The position numbers were made by a program, and so were the translations under genes. The notes below the pieces were generated by a model, which saw only the letters and a program-made list of their open reading frames with translations, had not been told where the DNA came from and did not search any database. This document shows positions 18,137-25,758 of a stretch of 64,000 nt of DNA, one piece after another. The first letter of the stretch is position 1, and every line of letters begins with the position of its first letter. The DNA is taken from the NCBI GenBank assembly GCA_963529005.1, contig CAURWY010000002.1, positions 25,076-89,075 on the forward strand. The letters run 5' to 3'. Source of the DNA: an uncultured Candidatus Saccharibacteria bacterium. GTDB lineage: Bacteria; Patescibacteriota; Saccharimonadia; Saccharimonadales; Saccharimonadaceae.

Positions 18137-19678
18137 ATGGCTAAGCAACAATCTACGGTGCAATTTCCAAAACATTTCCTCTGGGGCGCTGCCACGAGCG
18201 CGCATCAGGTCGAGGGTGGTATGCACAACCAGTGGTCGGAGTGGGAAAAAGCTCAGGCCAAGACCCTCGCTGCTCAGAGCCAATATCAATATGGCGACTT
18301 GCCCAACTGGCCGCACATAGCCAGTGCCGCCAAAGATCCAAACAATTATATCTCGGGCAAAGCCGCCAACCACGCCGAGCTCTACGCCCAAGACTTTGCC
18401 CTGGCCAAGAAGATGGGCCTGACATCGTGGCGCTTTAGTGTGGAGTGGTCGCGCATTGAGCCAGAAGAGGGCGCGTGGAATGCCGAGGCGATCAAATACT
18501 ACAAGGCGTACTTGGCCGCGCTGGCCGATGCCGGGCTAGAGCCCGTCGTGACATTGTTTCACTTCACGCTGCCAGTGTGGTTTGCGGCCCGTGGGGGCTT
18601 TGCTAAGCGCGATAATGTGAAGTACTTCGTGCGCTTCGTTGATAAACTGATGGATGAGATTGGTGCCACGGTGCGCTATGTCATTACCATTAACGAGCCC
18701 TGCGTCTACGTGACCGAGAGCTACTACAATGGCACTTGGCCACCTAATGTCCGCAGCAAATGGCAAACCTACCGCGTGCTGAGCAACCTTGCCTACGCGC
18801 ACAACCAAGTGGCTAAGGTCCTCCATGCCAAGAGTCGGCGCTTCAAGGTGGCGGTGGCCAAGAATTCGGCCTACACCTACCCGGGCGACGACGCCTGGCT
18901 CAGCCGAGCGACAGCGCGGGTGGTGCAGTTCTTCCAGGATGATTATTTCCTACGCAAGGTGGTGCGGCAGAGCGACTACATTGCCGTTAATTATTACTTT
19001 AGTAATCGTATCTATGGCTATCGCATCCACAATCCCGAGACGACGCCAAATGATCTCGGCTGGACGATGCAGCCCGATCATCTCGAGCTTGCACTGGAGC
19101 GTCTCTGGGGCCGCTACAAGCTGCCTCTGCTCGTGACGGAGAACGGCGTGGCCGACGAGCGCGACCAGTTCCGCAAGCAATGGCTCACTCAGTCTATCCT
19201 TGCTATGCAGCGCGCCCTTGGTAGTGGAGTAGAGCTGCTGGGGTATATGCACTGGAGCTTCCTCGATAACTTCGAGTGGGATAAAGGGTTTTGGCCGCGC
19301 TTTGGCCTCTTTGCGGTCGACTACAAGACGTACAAGCGGACACCGCGTCCCAGTGCGCTATGGTTTGCTCGCGTATTGCAACAGCAGAAGAAACAGGCAG
19401 AGCAGCCCATCGAACCACTGCCGTCTGTACCAGCGCGCAAGAAGCCGAGTGCTAAGCCAGCTACCGCACAGGCGCAAGCTACGTCATCGCCGCGCTCTGC
19501 TCGCTCTACGCCAGCAGTGCCACCCAAACCTACTCCGCCAACGCCACCCCAAACGCCCCAAATGCCACCATCTACGCCAGGGTCAACAGCACGTTCGAGT
19601 GGGGTGATTGCACCGCCACGCCGGCCAGCAGTCGCATCACGCAGTCGTTCACGTAGTCATAATAATCGGGAGGAATAA
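18137..19678 (+). CDS. glycoside hydrolase family 1 with a Pro/Ser/Arg-rich C-terminal tail
   Basis: 'FLWGAATSAHQVEG', acid/base 'TINEP', nucleophile 'VTENG', 'DNFEW.KG..PRFG'. Confidence 0.93.
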   Translation: MAKQQSTVQFPKHFLWGAATSAHQVEGGMHNQWSEWEKAQAKTLAAQSQYQYGDLPNWPHIASAAKDPNNYISGKAANHAELYAQDFALAKKMGLTSWRFSVEWSRIEPEEGAWNAEAIKYYKAYLAALADAGLEPVVTLFHFTLPVWFAARGGFAKRDNVKYFVRFVDKLMDEIGATVRYVITINEPCVYVTESYYNGTWPPNVRSKWQTYRVLSNLAYAHNQVAKVLHAKSRRFKVAVAKNSAYTYPGDDAWLSRATARVVQFFQDDYFLRKVVRQSDYIAVNYYFSNRIYGYRIHNPETTPNDLGWTMQPDHLELALERLWGRYKLPLLVTENGVADERDQFRKQWLTQSILAMQRALGSGVELLGYMHWSFLDNFEWDKGFWPRFGLFAVDYKTYKRTPRPSALWFARVLQQQKKQAEQPIEPLPSVPARKKPSAKPATAQAQATSSPRSARSTPAVPPKPTPPTPPQTPQMPPSTPGSTARSSGVIAPPRRPAVASRSRSRSHNNREE

Positions 19679-19681
19679 TAT

Positions 19682-20680
19682 ATGGCACAGAGCAATGGTG
19701 GAGCACGCGTCGTCGTCATCGGCGGCGGGACGGGGAGCTTTACGCTCCTGACAGGCCTGAGGCAGTATGCGTCGCAGGTCACGGCACTCGTCAATATGGC
19801 AGATGATGGAGGCTCGACGGGCCAACTGCGCGACGAGCTCGGTGTCTTGCCGCCCGGCGATGTGCGCCAGTGCCTCGTAGCGCTGAGTAATAGCCCCAAG
19901 GTGCGCGACCTCTTTAATTATCGCTTCGATGAAGGGAGCTTCAAGGGGCATGCCTTTGGTAATCTCTTCCTCACAGCTCTTGAGAAAATGACTGGCAGCT
20001 TTGCCGAGGCGGTGGCACTAGCCAGCCAGGTGCTTAATATCGATGGGTGCGTTGTGCCCGCTACGCTGAGCAATGTGACGCTCTGCGCAGAGGGCGAGGA
20101 TGGCCAGCCTATCAAGGGTGAATATCTCATCTCACAGCAGGCACTAGCGCGTCGGCCTAAGATTTGGCTCGAGCCAGAAGCCCAGGCTAACCCTGCCGCG
20201 GTCGCGGCGATTCACGCGGCAGATATGGTCGTCGTGGCTCCCGGCAACCTCTATGGTAGCTTGGCACCCGTCTTGGTCATTCGCGAGATCCAAGAGGCGC
20301 TTGCTGCCACCAAGGCACGCTGCGTCTTTGTCTGCAACCTCGTTACCAAACCTGGTCCGACGGACGGCTTCTCGGTGAGTGATTTCGCGAGTGAAATTGA
20401 GCGCCTAGCAGGCAGTCAGTTCCTCGACTATGTCGTCTTCAACAACACGCGCCCCAGCCCTGAGCTGATGGACAAGTACGCTCACGATGGCGAGCTGATG
20501 GTCGAGTACGACATGGACGAGATGCATCGCCAGCACTACCGCTACCGCGCCGCACCAGTCCTCGCACAAGACGTGTGGGATGGTGCCCAGGCTAGCGATC
20601 CATTAGCTAGCACGCGCAGCTTCATCCGGCACGACCCCGATGTCGTGGCACGCCAGCTGATGCGGATATACTTTGCATAA
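19682..20680 (+). CDS. yvcK: YvcK/GlmR (CofD-like, UPF0052) family protein
   Basis: 'VVIGGGTG', 'ADDGGSTG.LR', 'LPPGDVRQCL', 'GHAFGNL'. Confidence 0.9.
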   Translation: MAQSNGGARVVVIGGGTGSFTLLTGLRQYASQVTALVNMADDGGSTGQLRDELGVLPPGDVRQCLVALSNSPKVRDLFNYRFDEGSFKGHAFGNLFLTALEKMTGSFAEAVALASQVLNIDGCVVPATLSNVTLCAEGEDGQPIKGEYLISQQALARRPKIWLEPEAQANPAAVAAIHAADMVVVAPGNLYGSLAPVLVIREIQEALAATKARCVFVCNLVTKPGPTDGFSVSDFASEIERLAGSQFLDYVVFNNTRPSPELMDKYAHDGELMVEYDMDEMHRQHYRYRAAPVLAQDVWDGAQASDPLASTRSFIRHDPDVVARQLMRIYFA

Positions 20681-20710
20681 ATATCAAGGACTGGCTATAC
20701 TGTAAAGATC

Positions 20711-21499
20711 ATGAAGTATATGACGGGCCACTATCACATTTACGTCGATCTCGACCGGACGATTATCAACACCACGCAGTGGCTGCGCGAGGTAGCAGAA
20801 GCACTGGCCCAGCTCTACCCAGCGCAGGTGACTGCCGAGGAATTCTTGGCAGCGCAGCCTCGCTACATGCTCCGGCCAAAGACCAATCCTACCGCCCCGA
20901 CCTACGTCTTGGCGGCGCAGCTTGCGGCGCTCGGCCTAGATGCGGCATCTGTTATAGAGCAGCTCGAGCAGACGGCTCTTGCCGATGGCCATCTCCAATA
21001 CTCAGGCGTGGCATCGATGCTGCGTGCGCTGAGCCACTATGGCACGGTGCAGATACTAACCTATGGTGATCCTATCACCCCACACTGCAAAGCCCGCTTG
21101 TGCCCAGCAGTGCGTGCGCTCGTGGCTCAGCAGGGTGGGCAGGTGATCATTACTACCTTGCAAGATAAAGCCCAGTGGCTGCGCCGTGCTGCCGCTGCAA
21201 ACCCCGGCCAAACAATCTACCTGATCGACGATAAGCCCGTTGCCGTCGCCTTTGCGCCTGAGTCAGACCCGCCCATCCGCTGCGTGCAGATCGACCACAC
21301 TGGTCAGCTTACGCCGCGCTCCATCAATTGGCGCTCGGGAGATTGGCCCATTTGTCATACGTTAGCTCAAGCAACTAATATCATACAAGGAGACATCGAG
21401 TATGCAATGCACCAAAGCAATCATTCCCGTAGCAGGCTGGGGGACACGGCGCCTGCCCGTCACCAAGACGATCGAAAAATGCATGCTGCCGCTGGGTAA
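20711..21499 (+). CDS. HAD-superfamily hydrolase-like protein
   Basis: Motif I 'YVDLDRT' and motif IV 'LIDDK'; 3' end overlaps the next gene. Confidence 0.6.
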   Translation: MKYMTGHYHIYVDLDRTIINTTQWLREVAEALAQLYPAQVTAEEFLAAQPRYMLRPKTNPTAPTYVLAAQLAALGLDAASVIEQLEQTALADGHLQYSGVASMLRALSHYGTVQILTYGDPITPHCKARLCPAVRALVAQQGGQVIITTLQDKAQWLRRAAAANPGQTIYLIDDKPVAVAFAPESDPPIRCVQIDHTGQLTPRSINWRSGDWPICHTLAQATNIIQGDIEYAMHQSNHSRSRLGDTAPARHQDDRKMHAAAG

Positions 21500-22223
21500 C
21501 CGCCCGGTAGTAGACTACGCCGTGCAAGACTGCATCGCGGCGGGCATCCGCGATATCTACTTCGTGGTGAGCGAGCAGAGTACGCAGATTCGCGACTTCT
21601 ACCGCTCTAACGTCGATCTCAATAATTATCTGCGACGCAATGGTAAGGCAGATCTCTTGCCCCTCATCGCTCCACCGAAGGTTAATCTGCACTACATGGT
21701 GCAATCGAGCTATGGTAAGTATGGTACAGCCATCCCGGTCAGCCTCGTGGTGCCGCAGCTCGACCCTGGTGAGCCAGTGGTCGTGCTGATGGGCGATGAC
21801 TGTGTGTATAATGCCGATGGCACATCAGAGGTAGCGCGCCTCATTGAGGCAGCAGGGGAGGACCGCTCGGCCATTCTGGGTGTGCACATGCCGCCCGACC
21901 AGCTCAGCCACTATGGTGTACTGGATGTTGCCGATGATGGCCGTCTGCGCGGCGTGGTAGAGAAACCAGCGCCAGGTGAGGCACCAAGCGAGATGATCAA
22001 TGTCAGCAAATATGTCCTCAGCCACGACCTTCTGCAACGCATTGCTGCCCACGCTGACCGCGATGACGTAGCGGGTGAATACTACATCACCGACCCCTTC
22101 AACGACTACCTCGCTGCTGGTGGCCACATGGCCGTCGTCCCCACCAAGGGTCACTACCTCGACACCGGCACACTCGAGACCTGGGTGGCAGCCAACAACT
22201 GGCTCCTCGAGCATCAGGGGTAG
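21402..22223 (+). CDS. galU: UTP-glucose-1-phosphate uridylyltransferase-like nucleotidyltransferase
   Basis: 'KAIIPVAGWGTRRLPVTKTIEKCMLP', 'GDD', 'VEKP', 'GEYYITD'. Confidence 0.8.
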   Translation: MQCTKAIIPVAGWGTRRLPVTKTIEKCMLPLGNRPVVDYAVQDCIAAGIRDIYFVVSEQSTQIRDFYRSNVDLNNYLRRNGKADLLPLIAPPKVNLHYMVQSSYGKYGTAIPVSLVVPQLDPGEPVVVLMGDDCVYNADGTSEVARLIEAAGEDRSAILGVHMPPDQLSHYGVLDVADDGRLRGVVEKPAPGEAPSEMINVSKYVLSHDLLQRIAAHADRDDVAGEYYITDPFNDYLAAGGHMAVVPTKGHYLDTGTLETWVAANNWLLEHQG

Positions 22224-22262
22224 GGGCTTAATACCAGCAATATCCTAAAGAACACACTTTCT

Positions 22263-22691
22263 ATGCCGCAACAGCCAATTCCAGCCCAGTCTCAACCACA
22301 GCCACCCCAGCAAGCACAGCCACGACAGCCCACAACATCACCCGCCTTGGCTCGTCAGTACGCAGCCCTGGGCACGGCGCTTGGTGTAGGTGGTGTGTGC
22401 AGCGGCATCATTAGCATTCTCATGTTAATTGCGAACACTACTTTTGATGAATCTACTAATATGAATCGTGCTGCTTTTTCTGCCGCCGTTGTTGCCAGTA
22501 TTGCTGGTATTATCCTTGGCATCAACTCTTACGACAAGCTACGCGAAGCAGGTGTATCGCGTGCGTGGGGTATAGCGAGTATTGTGTGCAGCGCTGTCGT
22601 GGTTGGGTGGATTGTGCTATGGCTTTTATTCCTTATTGCAATGATAGCCCTTTTTCTTGTTACGTTCTTGATCGATTCTCTGCAGAAGTAG
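22263..22691 (+). CDS. small membrane protein with a Q/P-rich N-terminus
   Basis: Three hydrophobic segments. Confidence 0.65.
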   Translation: MPQQPIPAQSQPQPPQQAQPRQPTTSPALARQYAALGTALGVGGVCSGIISILMLIANTTFDESTNMNRAAFSAAVVASIAGIILGINSYDKLREAGVSRAWGIASIVCSAVVVGWIVLWLLFLIAMIALFLVTFLIDSLQK

Positions 22692-22863
22692 GTGGAGAGC
22701 TCGTAGTATGTCTGCCTGGATATTAATTAGATCATAGCTTGTTAAAACTTTATACAAAAAACACAGCCCACCAACTGCCACGGCCAAATCGGGTTTCCAG
22801 GCCCGAGAATACTCTAGAGTACTCAATCAGGCGTGGCGATATGGTGAGCTGTGTTGGTGGGCT

Positions 22864-23079
22864 TTACTTGGCCTCGATTTGCCGTTCACGGCATGTGAAT
22901 GACGCTACGACTCTTGCACTGATGTAGGAGTCGTTGATTGTGGGGAGAAAATCCCCACGTTCTGCTGCTGCTTGCAAAAAAGAAGCAGCAAAACGCGGGC
23001 TCCTGAAGGTCTCTTCGAGTTGATAAGACCTATCGGTTGTTGTTTCAACTTCAGCCGTGTATCGTATTATGGTTGTCAT
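22864..23079 (-). CDS. 71-aa hypothetical protein in a structured-UTR cassette
   Basis: GAAAGGGG RBS inside a hairpin, upstream promoter shared with the 47.7 kb cassette, structured 3' end with a T-run. Confidence 0.6.
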   Translation of the reverse strand: MTTIIRYTAEVETTTDRSYQLEETFRSPRFAASFLQAAAERGDFLPTINDSYISARVVASFTCRERQIEAK

Positions 23080-23147
23080 GATGATCCCCTTTCGGATCAG
23101 CAGAGGCCAAAGAGCTGCTTTTTGCTCTTTGAGACAACCTCTGAGCT

Positions 23148-23187
23148 AAAAAGCTAATATATATCAATATATGAGAGCGGCGTCAAG
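23148..23187 (-). promoter_or_regulatory. repeated promoter motif, copy 1
   Basis: TTGACG-N17-TATATA within TATTGATATATATTAGCTTTT; second copy at 47671-47710. Confidence 0.7.
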
Positions 23188-23310
23188 CTATTTTGCCTAT
23201 AATGCCATAAAATCGGCATACTTTCTACTTTTGTGCGTATAAAATAGTAAGGTGCGCCTACCATAGGTGCGCTTAGATCAGAGCAAAACACTCACCAATA
23301 TCGCTTATTC

Positions 23311-23386
23311 TTATCCACACCATAGGCGCTGTGGAAAGCAACTGACCCCTGATACTGGTTGAGCTTTTCCACAGATTTGTGGATAA
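23311..23386. promoter_or_regulatory. cluster of four DnaA boxes
   Basis: TTATCCACA 23311, TGTGGAAAG 23330, TTTTCCACA 23365, TGTGGATAA 23378. Confidence 0.7.
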
Positions 23387-23409
23387 GCGCCAGCGCGGCG
23401 GGGAACGCC

Positions 23410-23475
23410 GTGGGTAAAAGGGGTTGCGTGTGGGTGAGAGTGGGTAGTATAGTGGGAGTAGTGGAAGAAAGTGGG
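23410..23475 (+). promoter_or_regulatory. MraZ-binding direct repeats (dcw promoter)
   Basis: GTGG(G/A) at 23410, 23430, 23440, 23452, 23461 and 23471, roughly 10-bp periodicity, upstream of mraZ. Confidence 0.8.
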
Positions 23476-23544
23476 TAACCACGAGAAAAACAAACACCAC
23501 TGCACAAAAACAAAATAATTCATCTGTAAGGATCGCCACACCCC

Positions 23545-23907
23545 ATGGATTACTTCGAACGCAAGCTGGATGACAAGCGTCGGCTCACCATACCGACGGA
23601 GCTTCGGGCGGAGTTTGCCAGCGGCGTGGTCCTGACGCGCGGCTTTGGCAGCTACCTCCACCTGTATGCGCAGGATGTGTGGGATAGCCAAGTAGAGCCA
23701 GCGCTGACAGGCAGTATCCTGGATGAACATGTCGCCGACCTCAACGTCAAGTTCCGGCGCGGCAAGACTGCTGCCACTCTGGACCAGAAGCAGGGTAGGG
23801 TAACGGTAGAGCAGCATCTGCTGGATTATGCTGGGATATCGCGCGAGGTTGTGGCGGTGCGCGCTGGCCAGTATTGGCGCTTGATGGCACCAGAGCAGGC
23901 CGAGTAG
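23545..23907 (+). CDS. mraZ: transcriptional regulator MraZ
   Basis: 'KLDDKRRLTIP', 'VLTRG', 'LDQKQGRV'; first gene of the dcw cluster. Confidence 0.9.
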   Translation: MDYFERKLDDKRRLTIPTELRAEFASGVVLTRGFGSYLHLYAQDVWDSQVEPALTGSILDEHVADLNVKFRRGKTAATLDQKQGRVTVEQHLLDYAGISREVVAVRAGQYWRLMAPEQAE

Positions 23908-23925
23908 CAAGGCTGTTTTTGTGAC

Positions 23926-24206
23926 GCTCTTTAACAAGTATGTGTAACTGATATCCTCGAGATCGACCATCTGGTAGTGAGCCATGTGGGCACCCGACCC
24001 ACGCAAAACCTTGTCGGGCGCACCTTCCTCACAAACACCTCCCAAAAAACTCCACCTCACATAATTGCTGCGGCAATTATACACATAAGTCTCTCAAACG
24101 ATCTTTGGCAGGCTCTCTCGGCCTGGTACAAGCAAAGATCGTCAACAAAAACAAACACATTTTATGCGAAAACAAACAGGTTTCGCTACCAGGTGGGTGA
24201 TCTCGA
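23926..24206 (+). ncRNA. candidate structured RNA between mraZ and rsmH
   Basis: boxA-like GCTCTTTAACA; long closing stem 23957-23983/24179-24206; three internal hairpins; C-rich unpaired motifs. Confidence 0.55.
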
Positions 24207-24326
24207 ACCCGCATCGGACTATCTCGCAGTAGCCTGAGCGGAGACGTATCTTCGTAGACATGAGCATAATAATAGCATGCCACTAGGCAAGAATATTATT
24301 ACGCACTATGCTACCATAAGAAACGT

Positions 24327-25217
24327 ATGAGTATCAAAGCACATCCACCACTTCATGTTCCGGTATTGCTGGAGGCAGTGTTAGCCCAGCTCCAGCCACG
24401 CCCAGGTGAGCGCTATCTCGACCTGACGGCGGGGTATGGCGGCCATGCCACAGCGATTCTCGAGCAGACCCAAACGTATACCACAGCGTGTTTGGTCGAT
24501 CGCGACCAGTATGCTTTGTCGCAGCTTGGTAGCTTGGCAGGGCAGGGCGCACGGCTGATGCATTGCGATTTTTTGCATGCAGCACAGCAGTTGGTTCGCG
24601 AGGGTGAGCAGTTTGATTTGCTGCTACTGGATTTGGGGGTGTCGTCACCACAGCTCGATCGAGCTGATCGAGGGTTTTCCTTTACACACACTGGCCCGCT
24701 TGATATGCGGATGGATCAACGCCAGGCGATGACTGCCGAGCAGATTGTCAACCACATGGCAGAGGCAGAGCTCGCCCGACTGATCACCCGCTACGGCGAA
24801 GAATCGCCAGCGATAGCACGGTGCTATGCTGCTGCTATTTGCGCGGCACGGCCACTGTCGAGTACTGGAGAACTCGCACGCGTCATCGAGCACGCTACCC
24901 GTGGCAAGCGGGGCAAAACCCATCCAGCCACGCGTACCTTTCAGGCAGTCCGCATCGCCGTCAATGATGAATTGACGCAGGTAGAGCAGACGCTCCAGCT
25001 GGTGCCAGCCTTGCTACGCACTGGTGGACGTGTGGGAGTGATTAGCTTCCATAGCCTCGAGGATCGGCTCGTCAAGCGCTTCTTCGCGGAGCAGCGCCAG
25101 GCAGGCTACGAGGCCGAGCTACGCATCCTCACCAAGAAGCCAATCGCGGGCAGCCATGACGATGCTTACAATCCGCGTGCCCGCAGCGCTAAGCTGCGAG
25201 CCGCCGCAAAAATATAA
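24327..25217 (+). CDS. rsmH: 16S rRNA m4C1402 methyltransferase
   Basis: 'HVPVLL', 'DLTAGYGGH', 'DLGVSSPQLD', 'PLDMRMD', 'HPATRTFQA.RI.VN.EL', 'FHSLEDR', 'NPRARSAKLR'. Confidence 0.96.
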   Translation: MSIKAHPPLHVPVLLEAVLAQLQPRPGERYLDLTAGYGGHATAILEQTQTYTTACLVDRDQYALSQLGSLAGQGARLMHCDFLHAAQQLVREGEQFDLLLLDLGVSSPQLDRADRGFSFTHTGPLDMRMDQRQAMTAEQIVNHMAEAELARLITRYGEESPAIARCYAAAICAARPLSSTGELARVIEHATRGKRGKTHPATRTFQAVRIAVNDELTQVEQTLQLVPALLRTGGRVGVISFHSLEDRLVKRFFAEQRQAGYEAELRILTKKPIAGSHDDAYNPRARSAKLRAAAKI

Positions 25218-25240
25218 AAAAACAAAAAAGGAGTAGGGAC

Positions 25241-25309
25241 ATGCCAGTTCGTATCCCCGTACAAAATCAATCAATCACGACAACCGTATTGGTCCGCCAC
25301 GGCAAATAG
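25241..25309 (+). CDS. candidate 22-aa small protein MPVRIPVQNQSITTTVLVRHGK
   Basis: AAAGGAG RBS 7 nt upstream of ATG; sits in the rsmH-ftsL gap. Confidence 0.45.
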   Translation: MPVRIPVQNQSITTTVLVRHGK

Positions 25310-25401
25310 CCCTTGGCTTAAGACCTCGCGCTGGGGCGGCGCGTTATCCGCCCCACCCTAGAAACGACCCTATACCAACGTTAAACACAAACACCACCAC
25401 A

Positions 25402-25755
25402 ATGACAACCTACACACGGACAATGCAATTTAATAGTCGACGCCAGAGCACCTGGAAGCGCAACCGTAACACCGTTGCTTTTGCTTCGGCTATCAAACTT
25501 GGGCCAATCACCCACACAGTGCTGATTGCCCTCCTTATCACCATCCTTGGCTTGATATATCTGGCGCAGGCGACACACACAGTCAGCTATGGCTACGAGG
25601 CCAGCAAGATTGATGACAAGATCTCCTCTCTCAGTGAGCAAAAGAAGGACCTGGAGGTCGATAACGCCCGTCTGACCGCCCTTAAGGAAGTGCAGGGTAG
25701 TAGTGTGGCCAAAACGATGACAACACCAGCCAATACAGCGTACGCCAGCGAGTAG
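25402..25755 (+). CDS. ftsL: cell division protein FtsL-like
   Basis: Single TM plus coiled coil; position between rsmH and the PBP gene. Confidence 0.75.
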   Translation: MTTYTRTMQFNSRRQSTWKRNRNTVAFASAIKLGPITHTVLIALLITILGLIYLAQATHTVSYGYEASKIDDKISSLSEQKKDLEVDNARLTALKEVQGSSVAKTMTTPANTAYASE

Positions 25756-25758
25756 CCC

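Noticed and set aside
23311..23386. oriC
   Set aside because: Only four boxes, no dnaA/dnaN nearby and no clear unwinding element; better explained as regulatory
23410..23475. CRISPR-like or tandem repeat array
   Set aside because: 5-bp repeats at roughly 10-bp spacing match MraZ operator architecture; no cas genes
23311..24084. 257-aa minus-strand ORF
   Set aside because: Antisense shadow of mraZ and its regulatory region; no recognisable motif
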